64,000 nt of DNA from an uncultured Planctomycetota bacterium. Its GTDB lineage: Bacteria; Planctomycetota; Planctomycetia; Pirellulales; Lacipirellulaceae. The notes under the pieces were generated by a model. It had not been told where the DNA came from and ran no database searches. It worked only from the letters and a program-made list of their open reading frames with translations. Position 1 is the stretch's first letter. Each line of letters begins with the position of its first letter. The position numbers were made by a program, and so were the translations under genes. The stretch lies in assembly GCA_963719315.1 (NCBI GenBank), contig CAVRBU010000001.1:627558-691557 (forward strand), given 5' to 3'. Of the stretch, positions 1 through 11,532 are shown piece by piece.

Positions 1-944
1 TGCCGGACGGCATCTCGAATCGATCCGCACCGGCGAATTCGGTTGATTGCCCGCAGATGATGTTCGTGGCCGGCTTCGGCGATGCTGGCGTCCGCGAGGT
101 GCACTCCGAGGCTCGTGCCGAAGAGAGCCTGTTCAATATCGTGAGTCGCCAGCGCGTTACCGGCAAACAGTTTGTGAATGTAGCCGCCGCGGATGAGCTG
201 GCACAGCGCGGGACCGCTCCCGGTATGAACGATCGCCGGCCCGCCGACGACGAGTGTTTTGCCGCCGCTGCGACGAGTCTTCACTAGGTCTCGTGCGATC
301 TCCTGAACGAGCGCGCCTTTGGGTTTTTCCGTCGAGACGCCGCTGGACATGAAATTGAAACCGCCGCGGACTTCGGTCCGCTCGACTGGAATCACGCGCA
401 CACCGGCATGGCCGGTGACGATGGACATACCGGTGCGGATCTCGGTCATGGGGATGCAGCGAGGAGCGAGCTGCACGGAGCGGGGGAAGACTGTCTCAGT
501 TGTCTTTTCTGTTCTCCTCGCTTCCAGCTCTTCGCTCCTCGCAACTTGCTCCACCACAATGCCGCAATCCATTTCTTGATCGGCTACCTCGACCCATTTG
601 CCGTCGAGGCGGATTTCGGTGCGCTGGTTCGTCGTGCTGTAGAAGCCTTCGGGAAACGCGCCGTCCATATCGGCCGGCGTTTGTCGGCAGTCCTGGGTCG
701 TCGTCGGCACTGCCCCGTGATCGGCGATTTGGGCCAGAATCTTCTGCATTCGCTCGGGTGTGGTGGAGCGAATTTCAATGACAGCGGAGCTGGGATCGTG
801 GCGGGATTGGCCGATGACGATGTTGGTGATGCGGAATTTGCCGCCGCCCGAGGTGATTGTGTCAAGGACCTTCGGCAGGATAAGACTATCGATGATATGG
901 CCGGAAATCTCGACTTCTTCAACGATGGGGTCGGGGGAGGACAT
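1..944 (-). CDS. TIGR00300-family protein (LOR/SDH-like, ornithine cyclodeaminase-related); 3' end runs off the window
   Basis: Manual translation from ATG 944 (absent from the ORF track): MSSPDPIVEEVEISGHIIDSLILPKVLD...FPEGFYSTTNQ...FMSSGVSTEKPK...GGPAIVHTG...GNALATHDIEQALFGTSLG, motifs typical of TIGR00300. Confidence 0.85.
   Translation of the reverse strand, partial: MSSPDPIVEEVEISGHIIDSLILPKVLDTITSGGGKFRITNIVIGQSRHDPSSAVIEIRSTTPERMQKILAQIADHGAVPTTTQDCRQTPADMDGAFPEGFYSTTNQRTEIRLDGKWVEVADQEMDCGIVVEQVARSEELEARRTEKTTETVFPRSVQLAPRCIPMTEIRTGMSIVTGHAGVRVIPVERTEVRGGFNFMSSGVSTEKPKGALVQEIARDLVKTRRSGGKTLVVGGPAIVHTGSGPALCQLIRGGYIHKLFAGNALATHDIEQALFGTSLGVHLADASIAEAGHEHHLRAINRIRRCGSIRDAVR
456..552. 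repeat. Palindromic heptamer-repeat element inserted in-frame in the TIGR00300 CDS
   Basis: GAGGAGC GAGCTGC ACGGAGC ... CTCCTCG CTTCCAG CTCTTCG CTCCTCG CAACTTG; read on the minus strand as QVARSEELEARRTEKTTETVFPRSVQLAP. Confidence 0.7.
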
Positions 945-1095
945 GACATGTTCCGGGGGCGGTTGAAGTAACCGGCTTTGCGCAATGTGCGATAAGTCTT
1001 ATACTTTGGGAGGTTTCTCCGAAATGACAAGGCCAGCCGCGACTTACGCTGCGGAATGGCTTCTCAATAATACGGATTCAAACGAATCAAGATTT

Positions 1096-2439
1096 ATGGA
1101 AAAACAGGAACACACGTCCAAATGGGATGAGTTGGCGCGAGAACTAGGCGCCGAAATTCCGCCGGAAATCGAGCAACGCGAGGCGACTGTTGCGGCATAC
1201 AAGCCGCCGCTTAAGGAAACAGCTCAATCGCCGGCAGATTCGTCTGAAACCCTTCCGCCTCCACCAAAGAAGATCGCCGCGGATTGGGATAGTCTGGCAG
1301 GCGAATTGGGACTTCCTCCCGCGCCGGCAGAAGAGAAGTCTGCCAAGTCACGTACCGAGAATCTGACGGCAGTGCTTGAAGAGTCGCAGCATGAGGAACC
1401 CCGGCGAATAGAGACGCGGCGGCCAGAAGGGCGTCGACAGGAAAGTGGCCGGCATGAAGAACGAGAACAGGAACCGCCGCGAGAAACGACTCGGCACGAA
1501 CCTCCTCGCCGCCAAGTTTCAGCGGGTCGCAGGCAGGAACGACCACCGCGCGAAGATCGCGGCGAGCAGCGGAATCGCCGCGAGCGTTCAGGCAATCGCG
1601 GGAATGAAGGAGGTCAGCGTGGCGGCAATCGCCGGACGCCGCGCGACGTTGATTCCGAGAACGAAGCAGATCGGGAAATAAAGCCAGCGCCAGAAGTTAG
1701 TCGAGAGTCGCGTGCCGAGCAAAGACCAGAGTCGCCTGCACCGGTACGGGAGGAGCCTCCGAAGCCGGCGGCCGTGAGCTTGTGGCACAAGATCTTTGGT
1801 TCGCCTGCCGAGCAAACCGCGAAATTGACCGATGAGCCGAATGGCCCGGAGGTGTCGAATCCGATTGAAATGCGCGATGAACCGCGCGAAGCGGGCAGCG
1901 GATTTGTTGATCCTCATGCGGACGAAGCAGTGACTGAGGGCGATCGATTGCCGGCATCGACGGAAGAGAGGGAATCATCGGATCGACCGCGCGGCCGTTC
2001 CCGGCGGCGTCGGGGACGAGGCCGCGGCCGTCGGTCCGAATCGGAACGAGAAGAGGGTCGTTCAAATGAAGGTCGCACCGGTGAGCCTCGTTCCGGCCCA
2101 AGTCGCGGTCGTCAGAGGCCACGCCCGACAGAACGCGACGAGAGAAAAGACAACGATCGTTTTGCTGAGGATGAACTCGACGACGATTTGGATTCCGACG
2201 ATCCGCTCGCCGCATTGGCGAACGAGGCCGATGACAGTGAAGACGGCGACGAAGTGCCAGTCGGCGCAATGCGCGGCCGATCGGCGCTGCAACGTGCAAT
2301 TCCGACCTGGGACGAAGCTATCGGTTTCATCGTGGACTCAAACATGGAGAGCCGGTCGCAACGGCGTCCGCCCTCGCGCACCGGACCGCGAGATGGAGGC
2401 AGAGGACGTGGTGGTCGCGGCCGACGCAAGCCCCAGTGA
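1096..2439 (+). CDS. Hypothetical low-complexity (R/E/G/P-rich) intrinsically disordered protein
   Basis: 447-codon ORF from ATG 1096 with short motifs WDELARELG, WDSLAGELG, LWHKIFG and PTWDEAIGFIVDSNME, and an RGG-rich tail. Confidence 0.75.
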   Translation: MEKQEHTSKWDELARELGAEIPPEIEQREATVAAYKPPLKETAQSPADSSETLPPPPKKIAADWDSLAGELGLPPAPAEEKSAKSRTENLTAVLEESQHEEPRRIETRRPEGRRQESGRHEEREQEPPRETTRHEPPRRQVSAGRRQERPPREDRGEQRNRRERSGNRGNEGGQRGGNRRTPRDVDSENEADREIKPAPEVSRESRAEQRPESPAPVREEPPKPAAVSLWHKIFGSPAEQTAKLTDEPNGPEVSNPIEMRDEPREAGSGFVDPHADEAVTEGDRLPASTEERESSDRPRGRSRRRRGRGRGRRSESEREEGRSNEGRTGEPRSGPSRGRQRPRPTERDERKDNDRFAEDELDDDLDSDDPLAALANEADDSEDGDEVPVGAMRGRSALQRAIPTWDEAIGFIVDSNMESRSQRRPPSRTGPRDGGRGRGGRGRRKPQ

Positions 2440-3026
2440 TTCTAGCTCGCAAGAACTTTCAAAAAGCGTAAATTGTGCGCTTGAATCGGTGGTGAATACC
2501 TTCCGGCGCGAAGTATTTGTCCAGTAATCCAGCAATGTTGCCGCGAATCGCCAGCCTGCCGATTATCGCTGTAACCATTTATGGGTTAAGGCGTTGCGTC
2601 GTTTTCGCCTGGGAGTGGCAAACGCCATAATTTGCCCTCTCGTCAAACTCTATGTTGCCGAGATTCAAATTTCAACCGATACTTAAGTAAGAAGAGGTGC
2701 GACTCGACCTTCGCACGAGTCGCGGCCAAGCGAGCGGTTTGGCCGACACACCACCACCTATTTCCGCTCTTTGCCAATCTCTAACTGTGTGCAATCTGGC
2801 ACGCGTTGGAACCATATCCCACGTCTGGCCGGTTGTGCGCATCCGGGCCAAACTTCTTCTGGCGTGACGGCAAACATTCTGCTACGAACACGCACCGAGT
2901 GGTTGGCGCGGTGCGCATGGCATATGGTCTAGTGACGCGGTGCGCGCAGCCACATTGTCTGCGACAGCGAAACTACTTCGTTGCCTGCAGCCGAATCGAT
3001 CGAGAATTACGGAACACAGACGGAAT

Positions 3027-3041
3027 TGGCACAAGGGTCGC
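3027..3041 (+). promoter_or_regulatory. Candidate sigma-54 (-24/-12) promoter for the prkA/yeaG operon
   Basis: TGGCACAAGGGTCGC versus consensus TGGCACGNNNNTTGC, with correct GG/GC spacing; E. coli yeaGH is sigma-54/NtrC regulated. Confidence 0.5.
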
Positions 3042-3253
3042 CCAACGATCACGAAGATAGATTTGGCGACGACGATCGCCCGCCGGATAGGACTTAGTAG
3101 GAAAGGAAGCCCCTCGTCACAACAACTTGGATAGCAGGTAGCGCATAAGTGGAGCCTGGCTCGTCGGAAGAAAGTCCGCCGCCCGGCGCCACGGAGTGCG
3201 ATGCTACTGATCACGCGTCCGGCGCGGTCGAAGTCGCTCACAGGAGAAAGAAA

Positions 3254-5310
<2,057 letters not shown>

Positions 5311-5314
<4 letters not shown>

Positions 5315-5365
5315 GTCAGGCCTTAGCCTGACAACCACAGCATGTCAGGCTAAAGCCTGACCTAC
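5311..5365. repeat. GTAG-family REP doublet (REPIN-like)
   Basis: GTAGGTCAGGCCTTAGCCTGACA - 9 nt - TGTCAGGCTAAAGCCTGACCTAC; arms are 22/23 complementary and each is internally palindromic; overlaps the prkA TAG stop. Confidence 0.8.
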
Positions 5366-5369
5366 GCCC

Positions 5370-6482
5370 ATGATCATGAAAATCGAGCGCGATCAGCGCC
5401 GCTTCCGCCAAATCGTTCGCGGCAAGATCCGTCAAAACCTGCGCAAATACGTGACGCACGGCGAAATGATCGGCCGCAAGGGTCGCGATCTTGTCAGCAT
5501 CCCGGTGCCGCAGCTCGATGTGCCTCATTTCCGCTTCGGCGACAACGGAGCGGGCGGCGTGGGACAAGGCGAGGGCGAAGAAGGTCAGCCGATTGCGAAG
5601 GGCGGCGATCCGCAAAATGGCCAAGGTCCGGCCGGCAGCGACCCGGGCGGCGGGCACCTGCTCGAAGTCGATATTTCTCTGGAGGAGTTGGCCGAAATAC
5701 TGGGCGAGGAGCTGGAATTGCCGCGGATCGAGCCGCGGGGTCAGGCTTCGATCGTCCAGGAGAAATCGAAATACAACAGCATCCGCCAAACGGGCCCCGA
5801 GTCGCTGCGGCATTTCAAGCGCACCTATTTGAAAGCGCTGCGCCGACAGATTTCAACCGGAGCTTACGAACCCGACGATCCGCGCGTCATTCCCATCAAG
5901 TCCGACAAGCAATACCGATCGTGGAATACGGTTGAACATCCCGAAGTCAACGCGGCAGTCATCTACATGATGGATGTTTCAGGTTCGATGACCGACGAGC
6001 AAAAAGAGATCGTACGGACCGAAGCGTTTTGGATCGATACCTGGCTTTCCAGCCAGTACAAGGGCATCGAAACGCGGTATATCATCCACGACGCGGTCGC
6101 CAAAGAGGTCGACGAAAACACATTCTATCACACGCGCGAAAGTGGCGGCACGCGGATCAGTTCGGCGTATAAGGCCTGCGCGAAGTTGATCGAAGAAGAA
6201 TTCCCGGCGTCCGAGTGGAACCTGTACTGCTTCCAGTTTTCCGACGGCGACAATTGGGGCGAAGACAACGAAGAAGCGTTCAAGATTTTGGGAGAGCAAC
6301 TCTTGCCGATCGTCAACTTGTTCTGCTACGGGCAGGTCGAAAGCCCGTATGGGAGCGGTGAGTTTTTGGGCTACTTGCAGGGCCGCTTCGGCGAGCGGCA
6401 CGAGTCGCTCGTCCTCTCCGAAATCGAGGACAAGGATGCTATCTACGAGTCGATCAAGATGTTTCTGGGCAAGGGACGCTAA
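5370..6482 (+). CDS. yeaH: YeaH/YhbH (DUF444) vWA-domain protein
   Basis: [26 protein letters not shown] and FSDGDNW motifs; lies between prkA and spoVR. Confidence 0.93.
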   Translation: MIMKIERDQRRFRQIVRGKIRQNLRKYVTHGEMIGRKGRDLVSIPVPQLDVPHFRFGDNGAGGVGQGEGEEGQPIAKGGDPQNGQGPAGSDPGGGHLLEVDISLEELAEILGEELELPRIEPRGQASIVQEKSKYNSIRQTGPESLRHFKRTYLKALRRQISTGAYEPDDPRVIPIKSDKQYRSWNTVEHPEVNAAVIYMMDVSGSMTDEQKEIVRTEAFWIDTWLSSQYKGIETRYIIHDAVAKEVDENTFYHTRESGGTRISSAYKACAKLIEEEFPASEWNLYCFQFSDGDNWGEDNEEAFKILGEQLLPIVNLFCYGQVESPYGSGEFLGYLQGRFGERHESLVLSEIEDKDAIYESIKMFLGKGR

Positions 6483-6518
6483 AAGTTTGGGCAAATACAA
6501 CGGCCAGAGGCACTACTA

Positions 6519-6710
6519 ATGACCACCATACATGAATCCTTGAAAACCTACCGAGTTCGCGTCGGGCATTGGGAAATAGACCTCAAAGCACACACGGCGG
6601 AAGAAGCAATTCAACTTGCGCAGCGCGCAATGGCATGCGAGTTGCCCCGGCTGTACGACGTGATTAGGAGCCTGACCTACAACCGCTTTCAAGTGGAGGA
6701 CGCCGCATAG
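6519..6710 (+). CDS. Small hypothetical protein (63 aa) inside the prkA operon
   Basis: AGAGG RBS upstream; compact ORF filling the yeaH-spoVR gap. Confidence 0.6.
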   Translation: MTTIHESLKTYRVRVGHWEIDLKAHTAEEAIQLAQRAMACELPRLYDVIRSLTYNRFQVEDAA

Positions 6711-6793
6711 GAAGGATAGTCGATAGTGGTCGGTTGTAAGTTGACCAATCAGCGAACAACCAACAACTATCCACTGACAACGAACAACTAGCA
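6711..6793. repeat. Palindromic heptamer-repeat element (AGTTGTT/GATAGT type), intergenic
   Basis: GGATAGT CGATAGT GGTCGGT TGTAAGT ... AACAACC AACAACT ATCCACT GACAACG AACAACT. Confidence 0.7.
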
Positions 6794-6800
6794 GAATTAA

Positions 6801-8351
6801 ATGGCCACCGTCGAAACTTCAAATTTGCCGCCGCATCTTGTGCCAATTCAACGCGAAATGGAGGACTACGCGCGCGGACACGGCCTCGATTTCTTTCCCA
6901 CGATCTTCGAGTACATCGACGCCGACCGGCTCAACGCGATCGCGGCCAAAGGCGGCTTCCCCGTCCGCTATCCGCATTGGCGGTTTGGCATGGAATACGA
7001 AAAGCTCAGCAAGGGCTATCACCACGGATTGCAAAAAATCTATGAAATGGTGATTAACAACGATCCCTGCTACGCCTACTTGATGACGAACAACGGCCTC
7101 GTGGACCAGAAGTTGGTGATGGCTCACGTCTACGGCCATTGCGACTTTTTCAAGAACAACTTTTGGTTCAGCAAGACCAGCCGCAAGATGATGGATGAGA
7201 TGGCCAACCATGGCAATCGCGTGCGGCGGCACATGGATGAAGTTGGCGTGGAAGAGGTCGAGGAGTTCATCGACGCCTGCCACAGTCTGGAGGATCAGAT
7301 TGATATTCACTCGCCGTTCATTCGCCGCCGCGACGAAAAGAACCGCTACGACTTCGACCGCGAAAAGGACAAAAAAGACGACGGCGACCTAGATGGACCG
7401 CCGCGGTTCCGGTCCAAGAACTACATGGATTCGTTCATCAACCCCCGCGACAAGTTGGCCGCGGCGGCCAAAGAGATGGAAGAAAAACGTCGTGAGCCCA
7501 AGCCGTTCCCCGAAAGACCGGAGCGCGACCTGTTGTTATTTCTGCTGGAGCAAGCGCCGCTCAACGCCTGGCAGACGGATGTGCTGTCGATCGTCCGCGA
7601 CGAGGCTTACTACTTCGCCCCCCAGGCCCAGACCAAGATCATGAACGAGGGTTGGGCCAGTTTCTGGCATTCCACGATCATGACCCGTCAGGGGCTCACA
7701 TCGGCCGAGGTCGTCAACTACTGCGACCATCACAGTGGCACGATGGCCAGCTCGCAGATGCAACTCAACCCCTACAAGCTGGGCATCGAGCTGTTTCGAG
7801 ACATCGAAGACCGCTGGAACCGCGGGGCTTTCGGCAAAGACTACAATGAGTGCGACGACTACCGTACCCGCCGCGATTGGAACACCGACGCCGGCCTGGG
7901 CCGCGAGAAAATCTTCGAAGTCCGCCGGATCCACAACGATCTGACGTTCATTGACGAGTTCCTGACACTCGATTTCGTTCGCGAACAGAAGCTTTTTAAA
8001 TTTGGCTACAATTCCAGCACCGAGTATTATGAAATTGAGACGCGCGAGTTTCCCCGAGTGAAGAAGCAACTGCTGGCCAGCCTCACCAACTTGGGCCGGC
8101 CGCCGATTGCCGTTCGCGACGGAAACTACAAGAACCGAGGCGAACTGTTCCTGGAGCACAACTACACCGGCGTGGAGCTGCAACTCGATTACGCCAAAGA
8201 GACGCTCCGCAATTTGCAAAAGTTGTGGAGCCGGCCCGTACACTTGGAAACTGTGCTGGAGGACGCGCGCACGGTGATTTCATTCGACGGAACGGAACAC
8301 GAAATCGAAAAGGGAGAACCGATCGAACTTGCGGAGGGGGCCCAACTATGA
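6801..8351 (+). CDS. spoVR: SpoVR/YcgB-family protein
   Basis: RYPHWRFG, YEMVINNDP, AHVYGHCDFFKNN, TKIMNEGWASFWH and NPYKLG motifs. Confidence 0.95.
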   Translation: MATVETSNLPPHLVPIQREMEDYARGHGLDFFPTIFEYIDADRLNAIAAKGGFPVRYPHWRFGMEYEKLSKGYHHGLQKIYEMVINNDPCYAYLMTNNGLVDQKLVMAHVYGHCDFFKNNFWFSKTSRKMMDEMANHGNRVRRHMDEVGVEEVEEFIDACHSLEDQIDIHSPFIRRRDEKNRYDFDREKDKKDDGDLDGPPRFRSKNYMDSFINPRDKLAAAAKEMEEKRREPKPFPERPERDLLLFLLEQAPLNAWQTDVLSIVRDEAYYFAPQAQTKIMNEGWASFWHSTIMTRQGLTSAEVVNYCDHHSGTMASSQMQLNPYKLGIELFRDIEDRWNRGAFGKDYNECDDYRTRRDWNTDAGLGREKIFEVRRIHNDLTFIDEFLTLDFVREQKLFKFGYNSSTEYYEIETREFPRVKKQLLASLTNLGRPPIAVRDGNYKNRGELFLEHNYTGVELQLDYAKETLRNLQKLWSRPVHLETVLEDARTVISFDGTEHEIEKGEPIELAEGAQL

Positions 8352-8821
8352 AAATGCACCAACAATTCGAGCAAGAGCTTGCGAACATCGGCAGCGGCGG
8401 CGCGGCCACGGTGGCCGTCGACGTTCAGCCACGCACGTTAACCTGCGACATCGTGGAGCGCAACGCGCTCGCCGTGTCGTTCAATCAGGTGCGGTTGACG
8501 ACGGCGGAGCTCGCCTCCGCCGACGCAGCCCGTCTCGAGCGGATCGGCAAAGCGCTCGCCGCAAAGCTCACGTATCTCATGGAGCCGATCAGCCCGATCG
8601 AAATCGACGCACAAGGCTGCGTCGTTCAACTCCGCAGTAGCCCGCCCCAACGCGACGACGACGGCCGCAGCTATTACGAGCTGACCGTCCGCCGCGGCGG
8701 CGAGATTGCACTCAGCCGCTATTACAAAGAAAACCGCGGCGCTCGTCGCCCGATCGCGGCCAACGTCACGCGCGAAGTGCTGCTGCGGCTGGTGGGGGAT
8801 TTCAGTGCAGTGCTGGATTAA
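8348..8821 (+). CDS. Hypothetical protein translationally coupled to spoVR
   Basis: ATGA overlap with the spoVR stop; 157 aa; LTYLMEPI..IE.D and VQLRS.PP segments. Confidence 0.75.
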   Translation: MKMHQQFEQELANIGSGGAATVAVDVQPRTLTCDIVERNALAVSFNQVRLTTAELASADAARLERIGKALAAKLTYLMEPISPIEIDAQGCVVQLRSSPPQRDDDGRSYYELTVRRGGEIALSRYYKENRGARRPIAANVTREVLLRLVGDFSAVLD

Positions 8822-8971
8822 TCGTGTCGCAATCTTAGTGATCAACTTGCCCCATAGCGCTCGCGAATCGTGTGGATGAGCCATTTGACCCTGGTGCCAC
8901 TCTGTAACTACAGGCGAAATTAGGATAGGATTGCATGCCCTACGACTTGAAAACCCTTTTCCGCTGTCTTC

Positions 8972-9826
8972 ATGCAACGTCCCGCTCAAATTTCTTCCGC
9001 CGAATCGATCCCGCACAGCCTCACACCGGCTGGCGGCGGGTGGCATTGCAGCCATCTGTTTTACTCCTTCGATCGCACGGCGCTCACCCGATTCACATCG
9101 GACGACCGCGCCGCCGGTTCCCGCGATCTAGTTGCGGCACTTGATCGGGCTGGCGGCGAAGCGCCGCTGCGGCTGCAGACAACGATCACTAGCGGCCAAA
9201 AAGCCGACTTCGGCGTCATGCTGCTCGACCCCGATCCGCTCAAGATCGACCGCGTCCACCAGCGGCTCATGGCTGGCCAGTTGGGCCCGGCGATCGTTCC
9301 GCGGTGGTCCTTCGTCTCGATGACCGAAATCAGCGAATACGTGCAATCGACCGAGGAATTCGGTGATAGGCTAGTTGCCGAGGGCATGGACGCGAACGGC
9401 GCCGAATACAAAACCCGCGTGAAGGGCTATGCCGACCGCCTCGTCTCAATGAATCACCAACGGCTGACGCCCGATTTCCCGCCCTACTCGGCAACTTGCT
9501 TCTACCCGATGAACAAGAAGCGTAAAGTCGGCGAGAATTGGTTCACGCTTCCCAAGGAAGAACGTAGCCGGCTGATGATCGAGCACGCCCGCAGCGGCAT
9601 GGCCTTCGCTGGCCGAGTATCGCAGCTCATCACGGTGGGCTTGGGCGTCGAAGACTGGGAATGGGGCGTCACGCTCTGGGCCGCCAATCCCGAATACCTC
9701 AAGGAAATCGTCTACCGGATGCGGTTTGACGAAGCGTCCGCCCGCTACGCCGAGTTCGGACCGTTCTATACGGGCTATGTGGCCACGGCCGCCGATATTC
9801 TGAAGCATTGTCAAATCGCCACGTAG
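8972..9826 (+). CDS. hemQ: Coproheme decarboxylase / chlorite dismutase family (HemQ/ChdC)
   Basis: CFYPMNKKR, NWFTLP..ER..LM.EH, EDWEWGVTL and MRFDEASARYAEFGPF motifs. Confidence 0.88.
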   Translation: MQRPAQISSAESIPHSLTPAGGGWHCSHLFYSFDRTALTRFTSDDRAAGSRDLVAALDRAGGEAPLRLQTTITSGQKADFGVMLLDPDPLKIDRVHQRLMAGQLGPAIVPRWSFVSMTEISEYVQSTEEFGDRLVAEGMDANGAEYKTRVKGYADRLVSMNHQRLTPDFPPYSATCFYPMNKKRKVGENWFTLPKEERSRLMIEHARSGMAFAGRVSQLITVGLGVEDWEWGVTLWAANPEYLKEIVYRMRFDEASARYAEFGPFYTGYVATAADILKHCQIAT

Positions 9827-9938
9827 TAGGGCCTTCCGATAGCGCATTGCGAGTCTCGGAGAGAATTGCCCACGTGGCTGCGACTATCTGAGACGCGGAA
9901 CAAGGCAGCCGCCCTGCACACTAGTGGTCTGTCTCGAT

Positions 9939-10625
9939 TTAGTTGACGGGTGCTAGTACGGGATAAAGTCGTTTAATCTTGATCCTGGCATCGGCGGCGG
10001 TGAATTGCCAGTCGACGCGGACTGGTTGTTGGTTGCGGGGTTGTTCCCATGCGTGAACTTCGCTCTCCAGGCGGGCTCGGGAATCGATCCGTTGGTCCAG
10101 GCACTGCCTTCCCAGCACGGACAATTCACATTCCGCCATGTTCAGCCAACTGGCGTGCTTGGGGGTGTGATGCACTTCAAACCGCTCCCACAACCGTCGC
10201 GCCTCGTCAGGCGGGAAGATCGCGTACAGCACGGACAGCTTGTGCGTATTCAGGTTGTCCATGACCAGCACGATCTTCTCCGCCGTCGGGTACTGCTCGT
10301 CGGCGATGTTGCGCAGCAGGTCGGCGAAATCCGCCTTCGCGCGACGTTCGGTGACCTTCACCCGGCGGCGGCCCGCCAAAGGTTCGCAGACCATGAACAG
10401 ATTCGCTGTTCCCCGCCGTTCGTATTCGTAATCCTGTCGCGCCGGCTGCCCCGGCTCCATCGGCAGCGGCGGCGTGACGTCGGCCACCAATTGCTTGGTG
10501 GCTTCGTCGACGCACACGACTGGCCGTTGCTCGTCGTAGGGACGCTGATAGACCTCCAGAACGTCTTCCATCGCGGCAACATAGTCCGCGTCATGCGGCT
10601 TAGGCAGAACCCACTGCTCTTTCAA
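9939..10625 (-). CDS. IS630 transposase, DDE domain (orfB, reached by -1 frameshift)
   Basis: VCVDE, VMDNLNTH and TPKHASWLNMAE motifs; A7 slippery run (CTGAAAAAAACGAG on minus) at about 10642-10648. Confidence 0.9.
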   Translation of the reverse strand: MKEQWVLPKPHDADYVAAMEDVLEVYQRPYDEQRPVVCVDEATKQLVADVTPPLPMEPGQPARQDYEYERRGTANLFMVCEPLAGRRRVKVTERRAKADFADLLRNIADEQYPTAEKIVLVMDNLNTHKLSVLYAIFPPDEARRLWERFEVHHTPKHASWLNMAECELSVLGRQCLDQRIDSRARLESEVHAWEQPRNQQPVRVDWQFTAADARIKIKRLYPVLAPVN

Positions 10626-11086
10626 CCAGGGCTTAAGCTCGTTTTTTTCAGTGCGCTGCGCACGGCGTCCTTGCTGATCGACTCGACGATCTCCAGTTCG
10701 ACCAACTTGTCGGCCAGCAGTCGCAAGGTCCAGCGGGCGCGTCCTTCCGGAGCCGGTCCGCAGGCCACGGCGATCAAGCGGGCCTCCTGTTGGCCGTCCA
10801 ACTTTCGAGGGCGATGCCGGCTCTTAGGCTTCCATTCCAAGGCAACGTTCAGGCCCTGCTCGACGTACGCCTGTCGCACGTCATGCACCAATCCCACGCT
10901 GACGTCCAACGCTTCGCAAATCTCCTGGTCGGTCCGACCCGACCCCGTGACGCCGGCGTCCGCCTTGAGCAGCACCTGGGCTCGGCGACGCTTGCCCGCC
11001 GCCACCTTGCCTCGTCCCACCACCGCCGCCAATTCCTCTCGCTCTTCCCCAGTCAACCGCACCACATACTTCGTGTTGTAGTTCAT
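10622..11086 (-). CDS. IS630 transposase, N-terminal HTH part (orfA)
   Basis: KYVVRLT.EER, RRAQVLLKAD and PEGRARWTLRLLAD motifs; AGGAGG RBS. Confidence 0.9.
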   Translation of the reverse strand: MNYNTKYVVRLTGEEREELAAVVGRGKVAAGKRRRAQVLLKADAGVTGSGRTDQEICEALDVSVGLVHDVRQAYVEQGLNVALEWKPKSRHRPRKLDGQQEARLIAVACGPAPEGRARWTLRLLADKLVELEIVESISKDAVRSALKKTSLSPG

Positions 11087-11154
11087 TTTCTCGCCTCCTG
11101 TGAAAAACCTGAAGACGTTATGCTATCCCCTAACTACTGAACAACGACAGACCA

Positions 11155-11346
11155 CTAGGGTGCCGCCGGCACTTCCTGGCCGGGTTTCACCCCAGGTGCT
11201 ACGGCCTCGTCCAAAGTCATGATATAGATCACGATCCCGACAAGCATCGCGATCACCGCCCAAAACCGCCAGTCGTGATGGATGGGCCGCTTCTTTTGCG
11301 GCTGGCCGTGGTGCTCGTGACCGGAATGCGAATGCTCGTGCGACAT
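11155..11346 (-). CDS. Small His-rich single-TM membrane protein
   Basis: MSHEHSHSGHEHHG...HHDWRFWAVIAMLVGIVIYIMTLDEA; its TAG stop coincides with the IS630 end. Confidence 0.7.
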   Translation of the reverse strand: MSHEHSHSGHEHHGQPQKKRPIHHDWRFWAVIAMLVGIVIYIMTLDEAVAPGVKPGQEVPAAP

Positions 11347-11532
11347 GCGAACGGCGCTCCTCGAAGCGTTGGGTAATCCAGTAAAGTCGTGATAACGCGT
11401 GAGTACCAGGATAACCGCTGCCCCGCACTGCATCAACATTTATCGCGACTTCGGGCGGAGCCTTAATTGGTGCGGGTTTCCCGACGCCGCACGAGCCTCG
11501 ACCGATGGTTTCCCGTGCGAAGCAAACCTTCC

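Larger units (their letters stand above)
9921..11158 (-). mobile_element. IS630-family insertion sequence, apparently intact
   Basis: Perfect 13-nt inverted ends CTAGTGGTCTGTC (9921-9933) and GACAGACCACTAG (11146-11158), including the CTAG/TA target; HTH orfA plus DDE orfB. Confidence 0.92.

Noticed and set aside
57..1030. ORF-track ORFs at 57-1030
   Set aside because: They are shadows of the real minus-strand TIGR00300 gene starting at 944, which the track missed because it has no stop inside the window.
2797..2811. TGGCACGCGTTGGAA as a second sigma-54 site
   Set aside because: It lacks GC at the -12 position with correct spacing.
10622..10650. IS630 split as a sequencing error or pseudogene
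   Set aside because: The A7 slippery site at the orfA/orfB junction is typical programmed frameshifting for this family.
10005..11081. 358-aa plus-strand ORF
   Set aside because: Antisense to the IS630 transposase, with no recognisable motifs.
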